Shown: piece by piece, positions 8,982 to 18,480 of the stretch
Layout of the letters: each line of letters starts with the position of its first letter
Numbering within the stretch: position 1 is the stretch's first letter
Assembly: GCA_963701315.1 (NCBI GenBank)
Contig: OY969603.1
Span: 2,896,394 to 2,960,393, forward strand
Source: an uncultured Acidobacteriota bacterium
GTDB taxonomy: Bacteria > Acidobacteriota > Vicinamibacteria > Vicinamibacterales > Fen-181
DNA length: 64,000 bases
Reading direction: 5' to 3'
Position numbers and translations under genes: made by a program
The notes under the pieces: model-generated
Databases searched by the model: none
Told to the model about the DNA's origin: nothing
The model's input: the letters and a program-made list of their open reading frames with translations, nothing else

Positions 8982-11085
8982 ATGCTGATCCCGTCGAGCA
9001 GCGGATTCCACGGGTGGCGCTGGCGTGCGGCCCTGGGGGCCGCCACGGCCATCGCGTGCACGTGTTTCGTCGTCGCCGGAACCGGTGCCCGGACACAGCT
9101 GCCGTCATTCGCGAGGGGAATCGACCTCGACGGCATGGACCGCGCGGTCCGGCCGGGGGACGACTTCTTTGCGTTCGCCAACGGGACCTGGGTCAAGAAG
9201 ACCCCGATTCCCGCCGACCGAAGCGGTTACGGCATCGACACGCAGGTCGAGGAGGTGACGGCGCAGCGCACGGCCGAGTTGATCACGGCGACGGCGGCCG
9301 GGCAGGCCGCCGCCGGGTCGGAGGCGCAGAAGATCGCCGACTACTACGCCTCCTTCCTGGACGTCGCGGCAATCGACGCCAAGGGCCTCGCGCCGCTCCA
9401 ACCGACGCTGGATCGCATCGCGGCCATCGCGAGCCGGCGTGATCTCGCGCGGTACATCGGCGGCCGCCTGCGGGCGGACGTCGACATCCTCAACGCAACG
9501 AACGTCTACACCGACAACCTGTTCGACCTGTGGATCGCCCAGGACCTCGACAACCCAGCGCGCTACGTGCCCTTCCTGGTCCAGGGCGGGCTCGGCATGC
9601 CCGACCGTGACTACTACCTCGATGCCTCGCCGCGCATGGCGGAGCTGCGCAGCAAGTACGTGACCCACATCGCCGCCGTCTTCGGCCTGGCCGGCATCGC
9701 GGACGCTGGCGCGAGGGCGGAGCGCGTCCTCGGCCTCGAACACCGGATGGCCGAGGTGCACTGGAGCCGCGAGGACACGAACGAGGTGACCAAGGGCAAC
9801 AACCACTGGTCCCGGGCCGATCTGGACGCGCGCGCTCCCGGTCTCGACTGGGCGGCCGCGCTCGAGGCGTGCGGGCTGGGCGGGCAGCAGGCCTTCGTCG
9901 TCTGGCAGCCCAGCGCGATCGTGGGCCTCTCGGCGCTGGCCTCGTCCGAGCCGCTCGAGACGTGGAAGGACTACCTCGTCTTCCACGCGATCGACCACGC
10001 GGCGGCCTACCTGCCCCGCGCGTTCGACAAGGAGGCATTCTCGTTCTACGGCACGGCCCTCTCGGGCGTGCCCGAGCAGCGGGAGCGGTGGAAGCTGGCC
10101 GTGGACGCCACGAGCGCGGCGCTCGGCGACGCGGTCGGGAGGCTGTACGTCGGCAAGTACTTCCCTCCCTCCGAGAAGGCCCGCGTCGAGGCGATGGTGC
10201 GCAACATCCTCGTGGCGTTCCGCGCGCGGATCGAGCGATTGTCCTGGATGGCGCCCGAGACCAAGGCCCGGGCGAAGGCCAAGCTCGACGCGCTGAAGGT
10301 CGGGGTCGGCTACCCGGACCGGTGGGTCGACGACTCGGGACTGCGGATCGTCAGGGGCGACGCGCTCGGGAACATCGAGCGCGTGGAGCGATTCGACCTC
10401 GAGCGGAACCTGCACAAGCTGGGGCAGCCGGTGGACCGGTCCGAGTGGGTGATGACGCCCCAAACGGTCAACGCCGTGAATCTGCCCGTGATGAACGCCC
10501 TCAATTTCCCCGCCGGGATCCTGCAGCCGCCCTACCTTGACCCCGGGCGGCCGGAGGCCATGGACTACGGCGCAACCGGGGCGACGATCGGCCACGAGAT
10601 CAGCCACAGCTTCGACGACCAGGGCGCGCTGTTCGACGCCGCAGGCCGGCTGAGCAACTGGTGGACCGAGGCCGACGGGACCCACTTCCAGGCGTCGGGC
10701 GCGGCGCTCGCGAAGCAGTACGACCTCTACCGCCCGTTCCCCGACGCTGCCGTCAACGGGAGGCAGACGCTCAGCGAGAACATCGCCGACGTGGCCGGGC
10801 TCGCCGCCGCCTACGACGCCTTCGTGGCGTCGCTCAAGGGCAAGCCCGCTCCCGTCGCGCAGGGGCTGAGCGGCGACCAGCAGTTCTTCCTCGCCTTCGC
10901 CCAGAGCTGGCGGTGGAAGGCGCGTGAGGCGGCGTTGCGGCGCCAGCTCATCACCGACGTCCACGCGCCCGAGCAGTACCCGGGCCGACGCCGTCCGGAA
11001 CATCGACGCCTGGTACGGCGCGTTCGACGTGAAGCCGGGCCAGGCCCTCTACCTGGCCCCCGGTGACCGCGTCCGGGTGTGGTGA
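8982..11085 (+). CDS. M13 family zinc metallopeptidase (PepO/neprilysin-like), secreted; apparent 1-nt indel near 10978-10983
   Basis: GGAGGA RBS and an N-terminal hydrophobic anchor. HEISH zinc motif and GENIAD-like SENIAD. After EQY the frame must shift by 1 nt to recover the canonical tail RADAVRNIDAWYGAFDVKPGQALYLAPGDRVRVW*. Confidence 0.85.
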
Positions 11086-11222
11086 GGGCGGCGGGCCGCG
11101 ACTCGCGGGCTCGCCTGGAAACGACCGGTCTCCGGTCCACACGCGCGCGTCCTTCTGGTCCCAGGTGTTTTCCGGGGCGAGGCTCTCGGGCCGCCGCGCT
11201 GACCGGCAGGACACGGTCCCGG

Positions 11223-11605
11223 TCACCGGGACGTTGTGCGCACGGTCATGGCGGACGGGAGCGGATCTCGCCGCTCGCGCGACATCGGGGAGGATGATCT
11301 GCCCTTCCCGTCGCGCGCTCTTGATGACCGCGCTCTTGTCGTCTTCCTCCGACCGGTGCTTGCCACAGCAATCGGTTCGATGCGACCATCGGTGTTGGCC
11401 GCGGCCCGCCAGCGCGCCTCGCCGTCCTGACGGGTGGTCTCCTCGTCGAAACGACCGGCCAGCACCATGATGTCGATGTCGCGCCACTCGTCGGCGCTGC
11501 CCCGACCGTACGAGCCGAACAGCCCGCCCGCGCGGCGAGTCCGAACTCGCTCTGGAGGGTTCGGAGGCACCGCTTGACCGAGGCGACTACTCGCTCATCA
11601 GCCAC
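11223..11605 (-). pseudogene. MNT-type nucleotidyltransferase (minimal NTase, TA-associated), frame-broken at least twice
   Basis: GTG start MADERVVASVKRCLRTLQSEFGLAA. The core LFGSYGRGSADEWRDIDIMVL is in a second frame and EDDKSAVIKSARREGQIIL in a third. Confidence 0.6.
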
Positions 11606-11705
11606 TGGAACACCTCGCTGGCGTTGGTGATCGGCCCGCGCGCCTGTTCCGCGGTCAGCGTCGGTCCCCGGGGTCTCGGGATACCGGCCGGCCTGGTAGA
11701 AGGCA

Positions 11706-11843
11706 ATCAGGCGGGAGAGGGAACGGTGGTGGCGCGGCCGTCGGGATGGCGGTGCTGGGAATCCCGCTGGCGGACCCCGGAGAAACCTACCCGCTCGAGC
11801 ATCGCAACAACTTCACGAGGCTTGAGAACAGGCGGTTTCGTCA
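11706..11843 (-). pseudogene. HicA-like mRNA interferase toxin, interrupted
   Basis: VTKPPVLKPREVVAMLERVGFSGVRQRDSQHRHPDGRATTVP matches the HicA core (…G.H..H.HPDGR..TVP). A premature stop follows, with plausible continuation in other frames. Confidence 0.45.
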
Positions 11844-11846
11844 CGG

Positions 11847-12053
11847 TCAGGCTACCCGGACCGCCTGAATGCCGACGAATTCCGCTTCGGGTACCTGGCC
11901 ATCTTCGAGCAGTATGGAGACAACGTCACGCAGGTTGGCGTTGAGCTCATCGAGGGTTTCAGCCTGGCTGTGGGCGCCAGGCATTCCAGGCACGTATCCG
12001 ACGTACAGGCCCGCGTTCAAGTCGCGCTCGACGACGGCGGTGAACTGCTTCAT
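11847..12053 (-). CDS. HicB-family antitoxin-like protein (short form)
   Basis: MKQFTAVVERDLNAGLYVGYVPGMPGAHSQAETLDELNANLRDVVSILLED is the typical HicB N-terminal domain. It lies directly upstream of the HicA-like ORF. Confidence 0.7.
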   Translation of the reverse strand: MKQFTAVVERDLNAGLYVGYVPGMPGAHSQAETLDELNANLRDVVSILLEDGQVPEAEFVGIQAVRVA

Positions 12054-12799
12054 GAGCGTAACTCCCGTCCCCGTAACATAGCAGGAAACGCGAAGCCGGC
12101 TCCATCAGGTGAACCGGAGCTGCGTCGTCTGCGCTGCGTTCTGAATCACCCGGCCGCGGTCTGGTTCCCGGGCGCAAGGTGGGCGTAGCGCTTGCAGGGT
12201 CGAGGCGAAGGGGCCGCCTACACTCTCGCGTTACAGGTTACGGACGTGAGGGCGCCATGACTGGGGACGCGTGCGTGGGACCGGGCGAACACGTCGTTGG
12301 TGAAGGCGCCGCCCGTGGCGCCCCGTGCGGCAGATGGCGACCGAGCCGTCCGCGAGAACCAGCGGTCCCCGATGCAGAGCGCCCCCCTGTTCAGCACTTT
12401 GAATCGCTCGTGCCGGGTCCCGGCCCGACACCCCCACGGGGTCGATCCTTTACCCGCCTCGTCTGAGCGGTCGTCAGCGTCATCCCGGACGGAGAACTCG
12501 TCGGCCACCTCGTGATCCTGCTTTGTCGACTGACTGGGTGATGGGCTTGTCGACCGGCTTGTCGTTCAACTTGCTGATCGACCGGCGGGGTCCGGGTGGC
12601 GGAGCGTCGGCGGTGGTCATTCGCTGCGCGGTCGCCCCCAGCATCCCGGCAGCGTTGAGGCAGTGCCGTTGGTGAACGATGCCGGCGCATTGGACGGCCG
12701 ACAACCCGTACCGTCGTGCGATCTGCGCGGAGTTCCCCGCGGAGTTCCCCGTTGCCCGGGCGTGCCCCGGGGGCCATAATCCTCAAACAGGGTGAGGAC

Positions 12800-13569
12800 A
12801 TGCATCTTCGCAGCATGAGCGTGTTTCTTCTGGCGGCTGCCGCGACGCTGGCGGCTGCCGACAATCCCTTTGTCGGCAAATGGAAAGAGAATCTCGCTCA
12901 GGACGACTACGTCGACGCCACCGTCAGCTACGAACAGACACCCCCCGGTGAGATGCAGGTGACCGCAGAGGGTCACTCCTACAAGTTCAGGATGGATGGA
13001 AAGGAATACCCCACCGGCTTCGGCTCCCTCGTCGCTTGGAAACAGGTTGATGAGAGCACATGGGAAACGGTCCGCAAGACCAACGGCATCCTGGACTGGG
13101 TAGCCACGACCAGACTCTCGCCCAATGGCAAGACCCTGATGGTGACTGAGAAGGGGAAGCGGTCGGACGGCGAACCCTTTGAGGACAACGAACCTACCAG
13201 CGCGTCGCCGGTGGGCCTGGGCTCGCCGGGAAGTGGAAGCTGACCCAGTGGAGATTCAGTTCCGCCTTTGTGATGGAGATTGCCCCCTACGAGGGTGAGG
13301 GCATCACCTGGAGACTTCCCGGGAACGCCACCGTGAACGCCAAGTTTGACGGCATAGATTACACCGTGACCGGCCCGAGCACGCCCGCCGGCTCCACGGT
13401 GGCGCTGAAAAGGACCGGCCCGCGATCCTTCGACGAGGTCCTGAAGATCAAGGGTAAGGTCGTGTACACGGGCACCGTCACGGCTTCTGCTGACGGCAAG
13501 ACTCTGACTGAGGTCGTGACACCTTCTGGCGCCAACGAGAAGACGAAGACCGTGTACGACCGCCAGTAA
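12800..13569 (+). CDS. secreted lipocalin-like domain protein, apparent 1-nt frame break near 13190-13195
   Basis: Signal peptide MHLRSMSVFLLAAAATLAAA, then NPFVGKWKEN. A second FVG/GKWK-type repeat (LAGKWKLTQ) and the C-terminal half are in the -1 frame (track ORF 13270..13569). Confidence 0.6.
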
Positions 13570-13639
13570 TCGACAGCCCAAGGCCGCTGCCGCCGCCCGC
13601 GCCCCGTGGTCCGGACGCGGACCACGGTCACGCCCACGT

Positions 13640-14035
13640 CGCTCAGCGAGCGCGTCATGCGGCGAGGCGAGAGGCGGGCGCCGAGGGCTAACCGCGCGAA
13701 GCTGACCAGCTCGTCCGCCAGGAAGAAGGCCACTGGTTTCGACCGCATCACGCGCCCCCGCTCGGCATGGAGCGTGAGCTGGCCGGGCGGGATCGCGTGT
13801 TTGGCGATCGTCTCGGCGATGAAGGTCTCCGCCAATTCAGCGCCTTCGCGATGCGCGATCATCCACCCCACGACGTACCGGCTGAAGACGTCCAGGATCA
13901 CGTAGAGATAGAAGTAGGTCCACTTGGCCGGGCCGAGCAGCTTGGTGATGTCCCAGGACCACAGCTGGTTCGGCGCGGTGGCCAGTAACTCGGGTTTCTG
14001 GTACGCCGGATGGACCAGTTGATCGCGCCGCTCGC
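13640..14035 (-). pseudogene. IS3/IS481-type transposase (rve integrase core) fragment
   Basis: Translates to ...PNQLWSWDITKLLGPAKWTYFYLYVILDVFSRYVVGWMIAHRE...LTLHAERG, the DDE/rve core start. Both ends of the gene are missing and no IRs are present. Confidence 0.7.
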
Positions 14036-14069
14036 TCGCTCATGAATACGGGCTATTCCCCCCGACCAT

Positions 14070-15284
14070 TCAAGCTTCCAGCAAGTCGTCAACGGGCCTG
14101 GCTAGGAACTCCTCCAGCGCGATGCCGTTTCCTCCGACGAGCAGCGTGCGCCGCGGCTTGAAAGCCTCCGCAAAGGCGCCTAGCCCGGGAAGCGCGACGG
14201 GCGCACGGCCGCTCTTCACTTCGATCGCGATGACGGTGCGGCCGACACGGACCACGAAGTCCACCTCGCGGTTGCCTTCGCGCCAGTAGAACAGTTCGCA
14301 TGCGCCGCCGGCCGCCGCATTGGCGAGGTGCGCGCCTACAGCGGACTCGACCAGTCGTCCGCGGAATTCTCTGTCGGCCCGTGCCTCGGCGGGCGAGAGG
14401 CCGGATTGCGCGGTCATGAGCGCCGTGTTCAGCACCTGCAGCTTGGGGCTCGACCCGCGCTGGTGCACGGCCTCACCGGCATACTTCTGAAGGCCGGTGA
14501 GCACCCCCGCGCCGCCGAGCAGATCGAGGTAGTGCGCGAGCGTCGTCGAGTTGCCAGCGTCCTGCAGTTGACCGAGCATCTTCGTGTACGAGAGCACCTG
14601 GCCCGAGTAACGGCACCCGAGTTCGAACAACCTCCGCAGGAGCGCGGGCTTGTCCACCCGCGTCATCAGGAGGACGTCGCGCGCGATCGTGGTCTCAATC
14701 AACGCATCGAGGAGGTAACGCCGCCAACGTCGCGGGTCGTGGACGAGCGGTGCAGCTCCGGGATACCCGCCGAAGTACAGATACTGCTCCAACGAGAACC
14801 CGAAGGCCGCACGCATTTCCGCGTACGACCAATGCGGCAGGTGCACCACTTCAAACCGGCCGGCCAGACTGTCTGTCAAGCCCCGCCGCATGAGCAGGGG
14901 CGCCGAGCCGAGCAGCACCACCTTCAGCGGACGGCGGGCCCGCGAGTCCTCGTCCCAGAGCCGCTTCACGGTCTCTGACCAGCCCGGGATCTTCTGCACT
15001 TCGTCGAGGGCCAGCACCGCGCCGGTCCTGCCGGCGTCTGCCGCCGCCATCCGTGCCCGCTCCCACTGGGCGGCGAGCCAGGCAGAGTCACCCAGGGTCG
15101 GCTCGTCGGCGGAGACGAAGACGCTGGCGGCACTCAGTCGGCCCAGCACCTGCTCGACGAGGGTGGTCTTTCCCACTTGGCGGGCGCCCGCCACGATCTG
15201 CAGGAAGCGGCGTGGCTCGCCCAACCTGGCCGCAAGGATGCCGGCTTGGCTGCGCTCGAACGGGGAGCTCGTAGGGGTACTCAT
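14070..15284 (-). CDS. AAA+ ATPase with DUF4143-type C-terminal domain
   Basis: Walker A GARQVGKTTL and Walker B VLALDEVQ. The C-terminal ...ELFYWREGNREVDFVV...AIEVKSG (restriction-endonuclease-like fold) is typical of the AAA_14/DUF4143 family. Confidence 0.85.
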   Translation of the reverse strand: MSTPTSSPFERSQAGILAARLGEPRRFLQIVAGARQVGKTTLVEQVLGRLSAASVFVSADEPTLGDSAWLAAQWERARMAAADAGRTGAVLALDEVQKIPGWSETVKRLWDEDSRARRPLKVVLLGSAPLLMRRGLTDSLAGRFEVVHLPHWSYAEMRAAFGFSLEQYLYFGGYPGAAPLVHDPRRWRRYLLDALIETTIARDVLLMTRVDKPALLRRLFELGCRYSGQVLSYTKMLGQLQDAGNSTTLAHYLDLLGGAGVLTGLQKYAGEAVHQRGSSPKLQVLNTALMTAQSGLSPAEARADREFRGRLVESAVGAHLANAAAGGACELFYWREGNREVDFVVRVGRTVIAIEVKSGRAPVALPGLGAFAEAFKPRRTLLVGGNGIALEEFLARPVDDLLEA

Positions 15285-15695
15285 TGTCGTGAGTAAGTGT
15301 GCTCAACGCTCTGAGTAAAGTCAAGCCGCCGGCACCAGTTCCTGTCATTCGGTGATGACACCCATCAAGAAGGGCTCGAGCGCGAGGCCCGCGGCTCGCC
15401 GGAGGGCGTCGATGATCGGTCGGATGGGGCTGTCAAGCACGCGGGGGAGGCGCATTGGGCCGGCGGCAAGGGCACGACGGCGGGCCGGTCATCTCCCATA
15501 TTCTGACCGCCGGCGCCGAATCTCAAACCTAATATTGCGGAGCTTTCTGCTATGCTTCGGGCTCGCTGCATGGAGTCCTCACCGGGCCAGCGTGGCCACC
15601 GCCGCCGCCTTGTGTTCGGCAGCTGTTCGCGAGCGTCTGAAAGCGCGTGATTTTGGACGGCTGTCGACGGCGGCGTGAGATGGGGGCGGCCACCC

Positions 15696-15845
15696 TTACT
15701 TGGGTGGCCGTTGCTGTCTCTGGTGCGCCTGGGCGTCGCGGCGGCGGTAGCTCTCGCCGTCGATCGCGACGATCTCCGCGTGGTGCGTGAGCCGATCGAT
15801 GAGCGCGACGGCACAGCCGGCGTTGGGAAAGACGCTGTCCCAGTT
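15696..15845 (-). pseudogene. IS21-family IstB helper ATPase, C-terminal fragment only
   Basis: ...[33 protein letters not shown] matches the IstB C-terminus (AxLDRLxHHxxxxxxxGxSYR). Everything upstream is replaced by the antisense of the next gene. Confidence 0.6.
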
Positions 15846-16875
15846 GGTGGCGCGGGCCATCCACCGCGCCTCGGCGCGCGCCCGGCGGGCCTTGATCAAG
15901 GTCAACTGTGCGGCACTTGCGGAAGGGCTCGTCGCCTCGGAGCTGTTCGGTCACGAGAGAGGGGCCTTCACCGGCGCGACAGAAAGGCGCCGGGGGCGGT
16001 TCGAGCTCGCTGACGGTGGAACGATCCTTCTCGACGAGGTCGACGACCTGCCCCACCCCGTGCAGGTGTCCTTGCTGCGCGTCCTTCAGGAAGGCGAGTT
16101 CGAGCGTGTGGGCGGGAGCCAGACCCTCAGGACCGACGCTCGAGTGGTGGCGGCGACCAACCGAAACATCGAGGAAGCGGTGCGCGAGGGGAAGCGTCGG
16201 GAGGACCTCTTCTTTCGACTCAACGTGTTTCCTATCCACTTGCCGCCCCTGCGCGACCGAGTCGACGACATTCCTCTCATTGCCGAGTATTACGCGCACT
16301 TTCACGGACGCAAGATGGGGAAAGCCATCCAGCGGATCGCGCCTGAAGCCATGGCCATGCTTGTACAGTACCCGTGGCCAGGCAACATCCGAGAGCTCCA
16401 GAATGTCGTGGAACGGGCGATCATACTCGCGCGAGGCCACGTCCTCGACGTTTCCGATCTCGAGATCCCGGGCCTCCGCTCCAGCGGGCCCAGGTTGACG
16501 AGACCTCCCGGCGGACCGAACGCGGAGCGTCAGCGGATCGAGGAAGCCCTTTCCGCCAGCCGGGGCAGGGTCTCGGGCCCCGAAGGAGCCGCCGAGGCGC
16601 TCGGGATCCCACCGAGCACGCTCGAATCGCGCATCCACCGCCTAGGGACCCGGCAGGAACTAACGGTCGCCTCAACCAAACTGGTCGCGGGTTCTACACC
16701 GCGACGAGCGTTGGACCTGGCGCCAGAAGGCGGGGCATGCCCGCGGCCGCGTAGACCTTCGGTTCGTCCAGCGTCCCGTGGGCGAGGAACTCGACGACTC
16801 GCATCGAGCTGGTCGCTTCAGGCCGCCGGACGGCGAGACGAGCCGGACGGCCATCGCATCGCTCGGACAGGGTGA
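15787..16875 (+). pseudogene. sigma-54-dependent transcriptional activator, N-terminally truncated and C-terminally fused to foreign sequence
   Basis: Homology starts inside the AAA+ domain ([10 protein letters not shown]...VNCAAL, GAFTGA, ILLDEV, RVVAATN). Walker A and the receiver domain are missing. A Fis-type HTH ([20 protein letters not shown]) is present, and the ORF then reads on into a permease-tail duplicate. Confidence 0.75.
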
Positions 16876-16915
16876 GGGCGCGAACGCCCATCGCCGGCTA
16901 TTCGGGGCCAGCGCT
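16822..16915 (+). repeat. duplicate of the 3' end plus about 40 bp downstream of the APC permease gene (partner at 37342-37430)
   Basis: About 90 bp at roughly 80-85 percent identity by eye, including GGCGCGAACGCCCATCGCC(G/C)GCTATTCGG. The encoded tails [17 protein letters not shown] and AAGRRGEAGGDRIARIG* are alike. Confidence 0.65.
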
Positions 16916-17054
16916 GTGTTGACACAGAACTGACACAGACGAGGAGGCATCAGGCGGCACATGCGGGTACATGGTAGGCAGCGAATCGGCGATTTTCCTT
17001 GGATAAGCGCCTCTTTGTACCCACTGGTACCCACCCGTCCAGCGGGTGCTTCCA

Positions 17055-17191
17055 ACTCAAAATTCCGTGTCCGCAAGGACGTGTGGGTTCGATTCCGTCC
17101 TCCGGCACCATATAAACACCAGCTGAACAAGTAGTTACGGCTGATACCTGTGGCCAGCCATGTACCTGCCCGCGTGCATGTCTGACACGGC
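17055..17191 (+). repeat. attR-like partial tRNA-Leu (3' 56 nt from the anticodon loop) plus flank; direct repeat of 3610-3746
   Basis: ACTCAAAATTCCGTGTCCGCAAGGACGTGTGGGTTCGATTCCGTCCTCCGGCACCA followed by TATAAACACCAGCTGAACAAGT. The 5' half of the tRNA is absent. Confidence 0.8.
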
Positions 17192-17318
17192 AAGACTGGC
17201 GGGCGACGCCATCCACCCCCTAAGCCCCGTTGTCCGGTGAACGCCGGCTGGTATGGCGGCTTCGACTTCAGCTGTTTCTGTACCGGCGCTGACGAGGCGT
17301 GTCTTGTGTCAGCGCAGG

Positions 17319-17342
17319 ATAGCATGATAGCATGCTGGCATG
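17319..17342 (+). promoter_or_regulatory. candidate antitoxin operator: tandem ATAGCATG x2 containing palindrome AGCATGCT, abutting the start codon
   Basis: The sequence GATAGCATGATAGCATGCTGGCATG ends in the ATG of the AbrB-like gene. No separate SD is visible. Confidence 0.35.
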
Positions 17343-17660
17343 AAGCAGACGGCAGCGGCGGTTGACGATCGGGACGATCGGATCGAGATCAAGGTGGTGG
17401 GCAAGAGTGGCCAGATTTCGTTGGGAAAACGCTATGCGGGCAAGACGCTTCGCCTCGAGCGTCGGCAAGACGGGACGGTCGTGCTGACGGCCGTGGCGAT
17501 GGTGCCAGAAAGCCAGCTCTGGACGCTCCAGGAACCGCACCGTTCCCGAATCGAGCGGGCCCTTGCCTGGGCAGCTCAGACAGCAGCCGCGGAAACGGAC
17601 CTCGACGATCTCGTGAAGCCTCGCACCGCGAGAGCCGGACGCAAACGTGCCCGCGTCTGA
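17340..17660 (+). CDS. AbrB/MazE/SpoVT-family antitoxin-like DNA-binding protein
   Basis: ...IEIKVVGKSGQISLGKRYAGKTLRLERRQDGTVVL is a looped-hinge-helix (SpoVT/AbrB) motif. It overlaps the downstream gene by 14 nt. Confidence 0.7.
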   Translation: MKQTAAAVDDRDDRIEIKVVGKSGQISLGKRYAGKTLRLERRQDGTVVLTAVAMVPESQLWTLQEPHRSRIERALAWAAQTAAAETDLDDLVKPRTARAGRKRARV

Positions 17661-17964
17661 GAACCGGCTCCGCCTCGATCTCAACAGTCCGGAGTTTCAG
17701 GACGTCTTCTGTCGTCTGGAACCCGACGATCTGAAGCAGGTCGTGAGCGCGCTCCGTCGCCTGCGCGAGCTGGATTGGAACGGCCTATACCGACATCCGG
17801 GATTCCGGTGGGAAGCGATCGAGCATCTGAAGGCCGGTGGCGGTGGGAAGGTCTACTCGCTCCGTCTCAGTCAGCGCATTCGTGCTGTCGGAGTCCGGGA
17901 TGGAGATCTTCTCCGACTCATTTCCCTCCACCCGGAGCACGATTCCACGTACGAACGTCCGTAA
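17647..17964 (+). CDS. RelE/ParE/HigB-superfamily toxin-like protein
   Basis: C-terminal ...HLKAGGGGKVYSLRLSQRIRAVGVRDGDLLRLISLHPEHDSTY fits the RelE-fold pattern (YS.R...yR..f......i.......H..Y). The gene overlap is typical of a TA pair. Confidence 0.55.
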   Translation: MPASENRLRLDLNSPEFQDVFCRLEPDDLKQVVSALRRLRELDWNGLYRHPGFRWEAIEHLKAGGGGKVYSLRLSQRIRAVGVRDGDLLRLISLHPEHDSTYERP

Positions 17965-18480
17965 GCGGACCGGCGCGAGAACGAAGCTGAGTCCGAGGCA
18001 ACAAGGAGCCAGTGATTTCTTCGTTCACCCCCCAATCGGCCTCAACAGCCAGCCGCAAGCAGCAAGAACGTCACCGTGCGTCGAGCACAACACGATGCGC
18101 CGCGTGCCGTCCGGGGCACGTGCCAAGCGCAGAGGGACGCCGCCAACTGCGAGCCACCACCGCCGCCGGGCGCCGACCGCGTCCCGCCGATCAAGACGAG
18201 AGGTTCAGGCCTGCGAGAACCACAACCCGCGGGGGCTCATGATCCGGGCAGCCGCCGTCGGCTACAGGCTGTGGTGCGGCCGTTGTTATCCCGTCTTCCG
18301 GAGTTTCTTCCCGTACAATCCGCCTAATCGTGTCCGCGTCCACCGGTCTCGCGATCGGCCGAGGTATTTGAGGTGGACCCCAAAGTCTAGACAAATATCG
18401 GGGCCTCTGAAGTTAAGATCTTCTCCCCTGTAACAGGCGCGGAGGCCTCGTCAGAGGCCGACGCGCCCCCCCGTGAACCG

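Noticed and set aside
12218-12508. 96-aa minus-strand ORF and overlapping ORFs between the HicB-like gene and the lipocalin-like gene
   Set aside because: There is some codon bias but no recognisable motif, no RBS and competing ORFs in three frames. It is possibly another frame-broken remnant but is not supportable.
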